From: Pseudomonadota bacterium
GTDB lineage: Bacteria; Pseudomonadota; Alphaproteobacteria; Sphingomonadales; Sphingomonadaceae
Length of the DNA stretch: 64,000 nt
Direction: 5' to 3'
NCBI GenBank assembly: GCA_039186235.1
Contig: JBCDAE010000003.1
Location: 65,934-129,933, forward strand
Made by a program: the position numbers and the translations under genes. Within the stretch, counting starts at the first letter, position 1; each line of letters begins with the position of its first letter. The notes under the pieces were generated by a model, which did no database searches, was not told where the DNA came from, and saw only the letters and a program-made list of their open reading frames with translations. This document shows, in pieces, positions 39,887 to 50,038 of this stretch.

Positions 39887-42800
39887 ATGCCCGACGCTCC
39901 GCTTACGCCCGATAAACGCACGCTCGAGATCGATTCCGACCTCATTGAAGCGCCTGAACGCGCGCCCTTTGTTGAACTGGGTCTGGTGAGCTGTTTCAGT
40001 TTCCTGCGCGGCGCGTCGGACGCGGTCGACATTGTGATGACGGCGCGCGCGCTGGGATATGACGCGATTGGCATTGCCGATGCGAACAGTTTTGCCGGAA
40101 TCGTGCGCATCCACACCGAAGCGGCGACGCTTAAGCTGCGCCCCGTGATCGGCGCGCGGATCGAGACGGTGGAGGGCCTGACCTTCCTTGCATATCCGAA
40201 GGACCGCGCCGCCTACGGACGATTGTGCCAGCTGATCAGCGCGGGCCGCATGAGGACGCTGACCGGTGAGTGGCAGGAAAAGGGGGTATGCGAGATCGAC
40301 TTGAGCATGCTGGCCGAGCATGCCGAAGGGGTGCAGCTTATCCTGCTCCCCCCTGAGAACTTGGAGACCAGCTTCACGGTTTCAGACTGGGCGAGCAATG
40401 TGGTCGCGCTCGACGGCAGCGGGCGGTTCGGTGTGGTGAAGGGGGCGTTGGGGGAAATCCTTCCGCACCTCGCAGCGGGTCTGCCCAGCCTGAAGCATCT
40501 TGCGGCCAGCTATCTTTATCGTGGTGATGATATCGCGCGGATCGACCGGCTCGACGCTTTGGCGCGCGCAAATGGCCTCACTCTGCTCGCTACAAACGAT
40601 GTCCACTACCACGCGCCTGAACGCCGTCCCCTGCAGGATGTGATGACGGCGATTGCCAACAAGACGACTGTGGCCGAAGCCGGGCACCTGCTCCACGCCA
40701 ACGCGGAGAGGCATCTCAAATCGCCGCAGGAGATGGTGCGCCTCTTCGCTCGCTGGCCACACGCAATCGCCGCCGCGCGCGACGTGGCGGATGCGTGCGA
40801 TTTCTCCCTGGACGAGCTGCGCTACGAATACCCGGAGGAGATTTACCCAGGCGGCCAATCCCCGCAGGAATATCTCGAAAGCGAAACCTGGAAGGGCGCG
40901 GATTGGCGCTATCCCGAAGGATTGCCGGAAACGGTGCGCGAGACGCTTCAAAAAGAGCTCGCGCTTATCGGTAAGATGGACCTCGCGCGCTATTTTCTGA
41001 CGATCAAGGATATTGTCGACTTTGCCCGTAACGAAGTGTCCCCACCGATCCTGTGTCAGGGGCGCGGCAGCGCTGCCAACTCCGCTGTATGCTATTGCCT
41101 CAGCATCACCAGCGTTGATCCGGCCAAGCACGCGCTCCTGTTTGATCGGTTCATCTCAGAAGACCGCAAGGAACCGCCCGATATCGACGTTGATTTCGAG
41201 CACGAGCGGCGTGAGGAGGTGATCCAGTATCTCTATCGCAAATATGGCCGCCACCGAGCGGGTCTGACCGCGACCGTCATCCACTACCGCCCGCGCATGG
41301 CGATCCGCGAAGTGGGTAAGGCGATGGGCCTCAGCGAGGATGTCACGAGCAGCCTCTCACGCACCGTGTGGGGTGGGTGGGGCCGCGAGATCAGCGAGAA
41401 GCACGCTGCGGAAACCGGCCTCGACGTGAGCGATCCACATTTGAAGCGTGTGCTCAAGCTGACCGAGCAGATGATTGGTATGCCCCGCCACCTCAGCCAG
41501 CATGTCGGCGGGTTTATTCTGACCCACGGTCCGCTGACCGAGACCGTACCTATCGGTAACGGCGCGATGCCCGATCGCAGCTTTATCGAATGGGACAAGG
41601 ACGACATCGAGGCGCTCGGTATCCTCAAGGTCGACGTGCTGGCGTTGGGTATGCTGACCTGCATCAAGAAATGCCTTGATCTGCTGGAGGATCATCACGA
41701 CCGCGCGCTGACGTTGGCGACGGTCCCGCGCGAGGATCCGGAGACCTACGCGATGCTGCGCAAGGGTGATTCGCTCGGCGTGTTCCAGGTTGAGAGCCGC
41801 GCGCAGATGAACATGCTGCCGCGCCTGCGTCCACGCGAGTTTTACGATCTTGTCATTCAGGTGGCGATTGTGCGCCCGGGGCCAATCCAGGGCGATATGG
41901 TGCATCCGTATCTGAAGCGCCGCCGTGGGGCCGAACCTGTTCAGATCCCTGCGCCATCGCCGCAATATGGACCTCCTGACGAGCTCTCCAGCATTCTGGA
42001 GCGGACGCTGGGCGTACCTATTTTCCAGGAGCAGGCGATGAAGATCGCGCTGGATGCGGCCAAGTTCACCTCCAAGGAAGCGAACCGGCTTCGCAAGGCG
42101 ATGGCGACCTTCCGTTCGCGCGGCATGGTGGACGAGTTGCAGGACATGATGGTCGAGCGCATGGTCACGCGCGGCTACGAGCGCGACTTTGCGGAGAGGT
42201 GCTTCAACCAAATCCGCGGCTTTGGCGAATACGGTTTTCCTGAAAGCCATGCGGCGAGTTTTGCGCATCTGGTCTATGTGTCGAGCTGGCTCAAATGCCA
42301 CTTTCCAGCGGCGTTTGCGGCCGCGCTCCTGAACTCACAGCCCATGGGTTTCTACGCGCCTGCACAGATCGTGCGCGACGCAAGAGAACATGGGGTCAAA
42401 GTGCTGCCGGCTGATGTGAATGGGTCGGATTGGGACTGCACGTTGCAAGAGATCGGCGAGGTCGGGGATGCGCAATCGGGTCGGTTGGACCGCCATATCG
42501 CGCTACGACTTGGCCTCCGGCAGATTGATGGTCTGCCTGAACATATCGCGGCGCAATTGATCACCGAGCGTGCCGAGAATGGTCCCTATTGTGATGTTGC
42601 CCAATTGCGGGAGCGGGCAGGGCTCAGCCCAGCGCATATTGAACGGCTTGCCAGCGCGGATGCGTTTTCGTCGCTCGAAGTTTCGCGCCGAAAGGCTTTG
42701 TGGGACGCGCGCAGCCTGATTGCGGGTCCGGACCTACCGCTCTTTCGTGCCGCTGACACGCGTGACGAGGGCGCGGAGCGGCGCGCGACGAAGCTTCCCA

Positions 42801-43423
42801 TCATGCCACTGTCTGAAGAGGTCGTGGCCGATTACCAGACCACCCGACTCAGCCTCAAAGCGCATCCTATGTCGTTTCTGAGGCCTGAACTGGCGGAGCG
42901 CGGCTTTGTGCGCGCGTGCGACCTTCGCAACCGCAAGTTTCGATCCATGGTGCAGGTGTCCGGCGTGGTGCTGATCCGCCAGCGCCCGGGCAGCGCCAAG
43001 GGCGTGTGCTTTATCACGCTGGAAGACGAAACCGGCGTGATCAACCTCGTGGTGTGGCCTGATCTGAAGGAAAAACAGCGCAAAGTGGTTATGGGGGCGC
43101 GGCTGATGGAGGTGCGGGGGCGCGTCGAATACGATGACGAAGTAATCCACGTGATCGCGCATCATATGACCGACGCGACGGGCAAACTCTACGCTCTTTC
43201 TGATGACATGCTCGACGCCCCGATCGCGCGCGCAGACCACGTCAATTCGCCTATCAGCAGCCACAAAATGCCAGCCAGTCGAGCGACCATTGCTCTGGGA
43301 GAGGTGAAGGAAGAGGACATCCGCCAAGCCCCGCGCCCGCGCGAGATCATCGACGAACTACCTCAACCCAGAGGGCACCCGCGCAATCACAGGATCATCC
43401 CGAAATCGCGCGATTTTCACTGA
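39887..43423 (+). CDS. dnaE2: Error-prone DNA polymerase III alpha homolog (ImuC)
   Basis: SCFSFLRGAS PHP domain, GRGSAANS, PDIDVDFEH, C-terminal SRDFH tail. Confidence 0.97.
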   Translation: MPDAPLTPDKRTLEIDSDLIEAPERAPFVELGLVSCFSFLRGASDAVDIVMTARALGYDAIGIADANSFAGIVRIHTEAATLKLRPVIGARIETVEGLTFLAYPKDRAAYGRLCQLISAGRMRTLTGEWQEKGVCEIDLSMLAEHAEGVQLILLPPENLETSFTVSDWASNVVALDGSGRFGVVKGALGEILPHLAAGLPSLKHLAASYLYRGDDIARIDRLDALARANGLTLLATNDVHYHAPERRPLQDVMTAIANKTTVAEAGHLLHANAERHLKSPQEMVRLFARWPHAIAAARDVADACDFSLDELRYEYPEEIYPGGQSPQEYLESETWKGADWRYPEGLPETVRETLQKELALIGKMDLARYFLTIKDIVDFARNEVSPPILCQGRGSAANSAVCYCLSITSVDPAKHALLFDRFISEDRKEPPDIDVDFEHERREEVIQYLYRKYGRHRAGLTATVIHYRPRMAIREVGKAMGLSEDVTSSLSRTVWGGWGREISEKHAAETGLDVSDPHLKRVLKLTEQMIGMPRHLSQHVGGFILTHGPLTETVPIGNGAMPDRSFIEWDKDDIEALGILKVDVLALGMLTCIKKCLDLLEDHHDRALTLATVPREDPETYAMLRKGDSLGVFQVESRAQMNMLPRLRPREFYDLVIQVAIVRPGPIQGDMVHPYLKRRRGAEPVQIPAPSPQYGPPDELSSILERTLGVPIFQEQAMKIALDAAKFTSKEANRLRKAMATFRSRGMVDELQDMMVERMVTRGYERDFAERCFNQIRGFGEYGFPESHAASFAHLVYVSSWLKCHFPAAFAAALLNSQPMGFYAPAQIVRDAREHGVKVLPADVNGSDWDCTLQEIGEVGDAQSGRLDRHIALRLGLRQIDGLPEHIAAQLITERAENGPYCDVAQLRERAGLSPAHIERLASADAFSSLEVSRRKALWDARSLIAGPDLPLFRAADTRDEGAERRATKLPIMPLSEEVVADYQTTRLSLKAHPMSFLRPELAERGFVRACDLRNRKFRSMVQVSGVVLIRQRPGSAKGVCFITLEDETGVINLVVWPDLKEKQRKVVMGARLMEVRGRVEYDDEVIHVIAHHMTDATGKLYALSDDMLDAPIARADHVNSPISSHKMPASRATIALGEVKEEDIRQAPRPREIIDELPQPRGHPRNHRIIPKSRDFH

Positions 43424-43424
43424 C

Positions 43425-44114
43425 TCAGTTGGTTTCGAGCGCGTATCCAGCCGAACGCACGGTGCGGATCGGATCCTTGACGCCATCAATGCCTATAGCT
43501 TTGCGCAGGCGGCGGATGTGAACATCCACGGTGCGCAGCTCAATATCCGAACCCGTTCCCCAGACCCCATCGAGCAATTGCCCACGGCTGAAGACGCGAC
43601 CCGGACTTTCCATGAAGAACTTGAGCAGTCGGTATTCGGTTGGCCCAAGTTGCAACGAACGACCACGCCGCTGCACCTTATGGGCGACGGGATCGAGCTT
43701 GATATCGCCAACTTCGATCGTTTCACCGGCCAAGGCGGGGCGGATGCGCCGCATCACCGCCGCGACGCGCGCCAAAAGCTCGCGCGGGGAAAAAGGCTTG
43801 GTGAGATAGTCGTCTGCGCCCGTTTCAAGCCCGCGCACCCGATCATCTTCCGCCTCGCGCGCCGTCAACATGATGATCGGCACATGCGCCGTTTCCTTGT
43901 CGCGGCGCAGGCGACGGCACACTTCGATACCGCTGGTGCCTTCGATCATCCAGTCCAGGATGATCAAGTCCGGCACGTCCTCGCTCGCCAGCACAAGCGC
44001 TTCATCCCCATCGCCTGTGCAACGGACATGGTACCCTTCGTTCTGAAAGCGGTATTCGAGCAGTTCCGAGAGAGCCGGATCATCCTCGACCAAAAGCAAC
44101 TTCGCGGCAGACAT
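43425..44114 (-). CDS. phoB: Phosphate regulon response regulator
   Basis: ILDWMI, GADDYLTKPFS, RTVDVHIRRLRK, IRTVRSAGY. Confidence 0.96.
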   Translation of the reverse strand: MSAAKLLLVEDDPALSELLEYRFQNEGYHVRCTGDGDEALVLASEDVPDLIILDWMIEGTSGIEVCRRLRRDKETAHVPIIMLTAREAEDDRVRGLETGADDYLTKPFSPRELLARVAAVMRRIRPALAGETIEVGDIKLDPVAHKVQRRGRSLQLGPTEYRLLKFFMESPGRVFSRGQLLDGVWGTGSDIELRTVDVHIRRLRKAIGIDGVKDPIRTVRSAGYALETN

Positions 44115-44169
44115 GGCGTTTCAGCCTCCTGTGCACGGCGCCCCTCGCGCCAATCGCTTGTGATCCCCT

Positions 44170-44198
44170 GTTTCAGTTTTGCTGCAATTTGATGAAAG
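44170..44198 (-). promoter_or_regulatory. Possible Pho box upstream of phoB
   Basis: Minus strand CTTTCAT-CAAA-TTGCAGC-AAAA-CTGAAAC, 11-bp periodic heptamers. Confidence 0.5.
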
Positions 44199-44245
44199 TT
44201 GGCGCTGCTAGTTCTCCACAGGCCGCGAACGTCGATGCAAGGCCA

Positions 44246-44914
44246 CTAGCGGTCCTCTTCAGGCGGATACATGCCCGTGGCTGCAAAATGGACCATTTCG
44301 GCCACGTTCGTCGCGTGATCGCCAATGCGTTCCAGATTTCGCGCTACAAACAAAAGCTGCGCTGCGCTGGAAATCGTTGCTGGATTCTCGACCATGTGGC
44401 TGACCAGATTGCGAAAAATGCTGTTATAAAACGCGTCGACCTTCGCGTCCGTGCTGATCACTTCGCGAGCCAAGCCTGGATCGCGCGCCGCGTAGGCGGT
44501 CAACACATCGTGCACCATTTCGCTGGCCACTTCGCCCATGGCGGGAAGCAGTGTGAGTGGTTCAAAGCGATCACGGCCCTCGATCATCCCGATGCGCTTG
44601 GCGATATTCTTTGAGTAGTCGCCAATTCGCTCGATCACGCCCGCAATTTTCAGCGCGGCAATGACCTCGCGAAGGTCGTCCGCCATCGGGGCGCGCAACG
44701 CGATGATGCGCACCGCAAGCTTGTCGACCTCTGTTTCCAAGGCATCGATCTTCTTATCGCGAGCGACGACATCGTTACCCAATTGCTCATCACCGCGAAT
44801 CAGCGCGTCCAAGGCGTCGGCAATCGCCACTTCGGCAAGGCCGCCCATCTCCGCGATCAAGCCGCGAAGCCGGGTGATGTCCTCATCGAACGCTTTGACT
44901 GTGTGTTCTGCCAT
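44246..44914 (-). CDS. phoU: Phosphate signaling protein PhoU
   Basis: APMADDLR, IERIGDYSKNI, ARNLERIGDHATNVAE. Confidence 0.96.
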   Translation of the reverse strand: MAEHTVKAFDEDITRLRGLIAEMGGLAEVAIADALDALIRGDEQLGNDVVARDKKIDALETEVDKLAVRIIALRAPMADDLREVIAALKIAGVIERIGDYSKNIAKRIGMIEGRDRFEPLTLLPAMGEVASEMVHDVLTAYAARDPGLAREVISTDAKVDAFYNSIFRNLVSHMVENPATISSAAQLLFVARNLERIGDHATNVAEMVHFAATGMYPPEEDR

Positions 44915-45705
44915 TAGCCGTACCGCCCCGTGATATAGTCTTTCGTGCGCTCTTCAATCGGATTGGTGAAGATATCGGAGGTCGGGCCGTATTCGACCAT
45001 TTTCCCGAGATTAAAGAACGCCGTGCGCTGGCTTACCCGCGCGGCCTGTTGCATCGAATGGGTGACGATGACGATGGCATAACGGCCGGACAGTTCATCG
45101 ATGAGCTCCTCGATCCGCGCGGTGGCAATGGGATCGAGCGAGCTTGCCGGCTCGTCCATAAGAATGACCTCTGGATCAACAGCAAGCGCACGAGCTATGC
45201 AAAGCCGTTGCTGCTGTCCGCCCGACAGTGTTGTACCGAGTTCGTCCAGACGATCTTTGACTTCGTCCCATAGTCCGGCGCGGACCAGTGAAGTCTCCAC
45301 CACAGCGTCCAGATCCGCTTTCTTGTCCGCCAGCCCGTGAATGCGCGGCCCATAGGCGATGTTCTCATAAATCGATTTGGGGAAGGGGTTGGGCTTTTGA
45401 AACACCATTCCCACCCGCGCGCGCAGTTGGACCACATCCATCGCTTCATCGTGAATATCATCCCCTTCGAGCTCGATCGAGCCGGTGACGCGGGCGTTGG
45501 AGATCGTGTCGTTCATCCGGTTGAAGCACCGCAAGAACGTGGATTTCCCGCAGCCAGAGGGACCGATAAACGCGGTTACATATTCGCGAGAAACATCGAT
45601 CGACACACTGTCGAGGGCCTTTGTCGGGCCATAGTAAACCGAGACATCGCGCGCCTTCATCATGGGCGACGTGTCATCGATTATGGTCTCATGAATACGG
45701 GTCAC
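44914..45705 (-). CDS. pstB: Phosphate ABC transporter ATPase
   Basis: [46 protein letters not shown]. Confidence 0.97.
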   Translation of the reverse strand: MTRIHETIIDDTSPMMKARDVSVYYGPTKALDSVSIDVSREYVTAFIGPSGCGKSTFLRCFNRMNDTISNARVTGSIELEGDDIHDEAMDVVQLRARVGMVFQKPNPFPKSIYENIAYGPRIHGLADKKADLDAVVETSLVRAGLWDEVKDRLDELGTTLSGGQQQRLCIARALAVDPEVILMDEPASSLDPIATARIEELIDELSGRYAIVIVTHSMQQAARVSQRTAFFNLGKMVEYGPTSDIFTNPIEERTKDYITGRYG

Positions 45706-46970
45706 AGATCTTTCTCAAACCTGTTGCGAAGGTAGATCGCTAGGCTGTTCATCAAAAGTAGGAATACCAGAAGAACAAGAATTGCCGCGCTGGTGCGTTC
45801 GACGAACGCGCGATCAATCTCGTCCGACCAAAGGAAAATCTGGACCGGCAGGACTGTGGCTGGCGATGCTAAATCGTTGGGCGGCGTCGCGATAAAAGCA
45901 CGCATACCGATGAGCAGCAAAGGGGCCGTTTCGCCAAGCGCGCGGGCCATGCCGATAATGGTGCCGGTCAGCATGGCTGGCAGAGCAAGCGGCAAAACAT
46001 GGTGAAACACCACCTGCACCTGAGACGCGCCGACCGCTAAAGCCCCATCTCGGATCGAATTCGGTATGGCCTTAATCGCGTTGCGGCCGGAAATCACAAT
46101 GACCGGCATGGTCATGAGAGCGAGCGTCATTCCGCCGATCAAGGGCGCGGACCGCAAGTTTGGAAACAGGGTCAGGAAAACCGCAAGGCCTAATAAGCCG
46201 AAGATGATCGAAGGAACCGCAGCCAGATTGTTGATCGACACCTCTATCAGCTCAGTCCAGCGGTTCTTGGGCGCGTATTCCTCAAGGTAAAGCGCGGCAA
46301 AGACACCGATCGGGAACGCGAGCAGAAACGTGACGAACATGGTGAGCATTGAACCCTTGAGCGCTCCCCATATGCCAACGGATTGAGGGCTGGTCGCGTC
46401 CGATCTCGTGAAGAAACCCCAATCCCAGTTGCGCGCCAGTTTTCCTTGCGCGGCAAGGTCGGTTGCGAGCGCCTGCATGTCGCTCGAACCCTCGCCCGCC
46501 AATCCGGCGGCCAAATCGGTCGAAGCGGCCAACTGAAACACTATCGGGTCGCTCCGGTCGATCCATTCGGGGTGTTCCCTCAGGGCTGCCGCCACGTCGC
46601 GCCAAGCCTGATCGCTGAGCTCCTTTGCGCCTGCCGAACCAAGGGCGTCTTCGGCAAACGCACGAACGCTCTCGCCTATGCCCTGCATCTCAAGCGTTTC
46701 CAAAGCTGTGGGTGCTGTAAGCGAGATTTCATCGCCTGTGAGGCCGCTCGACGCAAATTGGATGGGGACGGTTAACTCCGCGCGCTGGAACCCGCCCAGA
46801 CCGTTGGCCAGCATTGTCCCTATGAGGAAAATCAGAGCGGAAAGCGAAAACAGGATCGCGCTCAAACCCGCCAGCTTAAAGGCGCGCTCGGATCGATATC
46901 GCTTGCGTAGCCGTTTCTCAAACTTGGCCGTACGCGTTGGGCGTTCAAGGGCGAGTGGTGCGTCACGCAT
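45702..46970 (-). CDS. pstA: Phosphate ABC transporter permease
   Basis: [27 protein letters not shown]. Confidence 0.95.
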   Translation of the reverse strand: MRDAPLALERPTRTAKFEKRLRKRYRSERAFKLAGLSAILFSLSALIFLIGTMLANGLGGFQRAELTVPIQFASSGLTGDEISLTAPTALETLEMQGIGESVRAFAEDALGSAGAKELSDQAWRDVAAALREHPEWIDRSDPIVFQLAASTDLAAGLAGEGSSDMQALATDLAAQGKLARNWDWGFFTRSDATSPQSVGIWGALKGSMLTMFVTFLLAFPIGVFAALYLEEYAPKNRWTELIEVSINNLAAVPSIIFGLLGLAVFLTLFPNLRSAPLIGGMTLALMTMPVIVISGRNAIKAIPNSIRDGALAVGASQVQVVFHHVLPLALPAMLTGTIIGMARALGETAPLLLIGMRAFIATPPNDLASPATVLPVQIFLWSDEIDRAFVERTSAAILVLLVFLLLMNSLAIYLRNRFEKDL

Positions 46971-48348
46971 AAGCTTCTCGGAAGCGCTTGACGACGCGCA
47001 AGGCGCCGAAATTGAGAGTTAGTGTGACGAGAAAGAGCACGAGGCCAAGAGCGTAGGCGCTGAGTGTGGTGGGGTGATCAAAACTGCCTTCGCTCGTCAG
47101 CATGCGGACAATTTGCACTGTGACCGTTGTCATCCGCTCCAGTGGATTGATGCTGAGGTTGGCCGCAGCCGAGGCGGCCATGACCACGATCATGGTTTCG
47201 CCGATGGCTCGGCTGATGGCGAGCATGATTCCAGCGACAATCCCGGGAAGCGCTGCGGGAATAAGGACGCGGGTGATCGTCTCCGATTTGGTCGCTCCCA
47301 TCGCCAATGAAGCGTCCCGCATCTCTTTTGGAACGGCCGCGATAGAATCATCGGCCATGGAGGACACGAATGGAATAATCATTACCCCCATGACGAGCCC
47401 TGCGGCGAGGGCGCTTTCGGTCGAAGCGTTTGATACGCCTAGCGCCAAGGCCAAATCGCGCACCAGCGGCGCGATAGTGAGGGCGGCGAAGTACCCGTAA
47501 ACCACCGTGGGAATACCGGCCAAGACTTCCAGCGCTGGTTTGACGACCGCGCGCAGCTTTGGATCGGCGTATTGAGTTAGGAAAATGGCACTCATCAAGC
47601 CTAGCGGGATGGCAACGAGCATGGCGATGATTGCCCCGATGAAGATCGTACCCCAGAACAAGGGGACCGCGCCATAACGCGATCCGTCATGGGCATCGGC
47701 GGCGCTCATTGGATCCGGCGCCCAGAACGTCCCAAAGAGAAAGTCTACCGGGGAAACGAGTCCGAAGAAGCGGACCGTTTCGATAATCAGACTGGCGAGG
47801 ATCCCGAAAGTGGTCAGGATCGCCGCGAGAGAGGCGAACAAGAGAGACAGCATCACCGCGCGTTCGACTTTGGTGCGTGCTCGCAGCTCCGGCGTGACGT
47901 TGAGATAGGCAAACGAACCGCCACAAAACGCAATCACGAGAGTGATGGCTAGGCCGATCCAGGTGTAAAACGAGATAGCCTCGCGAAACGGCTCGACGAG
48001 AGGGGCAGCCTCTTCGTGAAAGACCCCGGTCGCGCGCCCAGAGGCGACCGCGCGCGCTTCACCAAGCCAGGCGTCCCGCTCCAGCCCAAAAGAGGTTAAA
48101 TCCGCCGCCCCCGGAGAAGACATAACGCTTTGCGTCACAAGTTGGGGGGCAAGAAACGACCACAAAGCAATGAAGGCCAACGCTGGAGCGAACACCCAAA
48201 CGGCAAGATACCACGCGTGGTAATCTGGTAGCGCCACCGGAGCTTTTTCGGGCGCTGTTCTTGCAAAACTCCACGCCTTGCTTCGCCCAATGAGCCAACC
48301 GCTAAGGCCAAGCCCTAACGCGATCAGAAGGAGTGGGATGGGCGACAT
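46963..48348 (-). CDS. pstC: Phosphate ABC transporter permease
   Basis: LAGIPTVVYG, SRAIGETMIV, ALGLVLF. Confidence 0.95.
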   Translation of the reverse strand: MSPIPLLLIALGLGLSGWLIGRSKAWSFARTAPEKAPVALPDYHAWYLAVWVFAPALAFIALWSFLAPQLVTQSVMSSPGAADLTSFGLERDAWLGEARAVASGRATGVFHEEAAPLVEPFREAISFYTWIGLAITLVIAFCGGSFAYLNVTPELRARTKVERAVMLSLLFASLAAILTTFGILASLIIETVRFFGLVSPVDFLFGTFWAPDPMSAADAHDGSRYGAVPLFWGTIFIGAIIAMLVAIPLGLMSAIFLTQYADPKLRAVVKPALEVLAGIPTVVYGYFAALTIAPLVRDLALALGVSNASTESALAAGLVMGVMIIPFVSSMADDSIAAVPKEMRDASLAMGATKSETITRVLIPAALPGIVAGIMLAISRAIGETMIVVMAASAAANLSINPLERMTTVTVQIVRMLTSEGSFDHPTTLSAYALGLVLFLVTLTLNFGALRVVKRFREAYA

Positions 48349-48459
48349 AGACTTAGAATTCCGTGGGAAGAATAAAGATGCAGTTGTCGCGCGGACATCG
48401 CGGCGCGCAAGCAACTACGTGTGCGACTGCGGGTGGGATGGGCAATGAATACGACAGCG

Positions 48460-49737
48460 CTAAGACACTCTTTGCGCTGATCCGAAGCCAGCGTTTGTGT
48501 GGTCTGATGTCGCTTCCTCGGTCCCTGCCAGTGCGTTCGCATCCCCCTCCTCGATCGGCAGTCGAACAATCACCCGCGTTCCATCACCCAATGCGCTTTC
48601 GATATCGAGCCGCCCTTTGTGGCGTTCGACAATGTGTTTAACGATCGCAAGACCAAGTCCGGTCCCGCCCGAAGCGCGACTGCGCCCGGGGTCTGTGCGG
48701 TAAAAACGACGGGTAAGATGGGGGATTTGCTCTGGGGCGATCCCTTCGCCCTTGTCCGAGACGGTCAGTCGCGCGCGGCCATCCTCGTTACGCGCCAGCT
48801 CCACCTTAACCGGTGTGTCAGGCGATCCATATTTTAGCGCGTTGTCGACTAGGTTGCGCACCAATTGCTCTATCTGCTGGCCATCCCCGCGAACTTCAGC
48901 AGGGTGGGAGAGATGAAGATCGAGCCGTTCCATTCGAGCGGTGCCCGCAGCGTCGCGCGCAGCCCGATCAATCAGGGGGCCAAGATCAAGCAGTTCTGTG
49001 GGCAAATCGTGCTTTTCGGCTTCGACCCGGCTCAAGCTCATAAGATCGCTGACCAGGCTTTGGAGCCGCTGCGCTTCGCGTTCAATTATGCCCAAGAACT
49101 TCTGTGACGTGGGCGAGTCCAGTGTGTCCGAGCTGTCCGCGAGCGTTTCGACATAGCCCAGAATAGAGGCGAGCGGGGTGCGAAGCTCATGGCTGGCGTT
49201 CGCGACAAAATCGGTGTGGGCCCGGCTAATGTCCGCTTCCGCGCTTTGGTTGATGAGCTCGAGTATGGAGAGCTTACGGTCAATGACGTGACGATTGATT
49301 TGCCAAACGTCCTGACGACGCACGAGCCCACGGACGAGCGCCTGACCGCTGCGGTCGTCGCCCAAAAGGTGGATCGCTTCGGGTTGACGGAACGCCACGC
49401 GCGCGTCTTGGCCGATGATGTGCTGACCCAGCATAAGTCTGGCAGCGCGGTTCGCTCCAGAGATTGTGCCGCGCTCAGTCACTAGGAGCGGTGTCGAAAA
49501 CTCCTCAATCACTTTCTGCATACGGCTGTCCCGCGTAGCGGAAAGCTCAACCTGCGCGACATCTTCAACCACGCTCGGCTCTTCCGGGGGGCGCAAGGAT
49601 GCGAGAAGCAGAGTGCCAACCCACAAAATGAAAATCGCGAATGAGGCTATGGGATCCACGCTCAAAAGCAGAAGCGCCACGAGGGTGAGACTGGCCAGCA
49701 GAATACCGGAAATAGGAAGGTCGGTGCGAGCGCCCAT
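48460..49737 (-). CDS. phoR: Phosphate regulon sensor kinase
   Basis: DFVANASHELRTPL, NLVDNALKY, GGTGLGLAIVKHI; heads pst/pho cluster. Confidence 0.9.
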   Translation of the reverse strand: MGARTDLPISGILLASLTLVALLLLSVDPIASFAIFILWVGTLLLASLRPPEEPSVVEDVAQVELSATRDSRMQKVIEEFSTPLLVTERGTISGANRAARLMLGQHIIGQDARVAFRQPEAIHLLGDDRSGQALVRGLVRRQDVWQINRHVIDRKLSILELINQSAEADISRAHTDFVANASHELRTPLASILGYVETLADSSDTLDSPTSQKFLGIIEREAQRLQSLVSDLMSLSRVEAEKHDLPTELLDLGPLIDRAARDAAGTARMERLDLHLSHPAEVRGDGQQIEQLVRNLVDNALKYGSPDTPVKVELARNEDGRARLTVSDKGEGIAPEQIPHLTRRFYRTDPGRSRASGGTGLGLAIVKHIVERHKGRLDIESALGDGTRVIVRLPIEEGDANALAGTEEATSDHTNAGFGSAQRVS

Positions 49738-49847
49738 ATCGGCCACGTGTCTAGCTTTGCAAAGCGCGACTGGAAAGGACCCAAAACGCCTGCACCGGGT
49801 GAGGCACAAGAATTGGCGCTTATCCGCTTCAAACTCTGTGAGAGTGG

Positions 49848-49922
49848 TGGTGACCCGTACGGGAATCGAACCCGTGTTTCAGCCGTGAAAGGGCCGCGTC
49901 CTAACCGCTAGACGAACGGGCC
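49848..49922 (-). tRNA. tRNA-Glu(TTC)
   Basis: Acceptor GGCCCGT/ACGGGTC, anticodon arm CGGCC-CT-TTC-AC-GGCTG, encoded CCA. Confidence 0.97.
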
Positions 49923-50038
49923 ACGCTCGTTGCGAGAGCGCGCATCTAGGGGTGGGCGCGTAAGCGGTCAACCCCCAGCCGCGCTTCTTTTGCTAAATTT
50001 GTGACAGTCCTAATAGCTGCGCCGCATTTAGCGGGTGA

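Noticed and set aside
49754-49765. Perfect palindrome GCTTTGCAAAGC upstream of phoR
   Set aside because: Single short palindrome with no supporting copy or plausible regulator link
1987-49922. The three tRNAs as possible island integration sites
   Set aside because: No integrase or transposase and no duplicated tRNA 3' ends noticed; flanking genes are core-type
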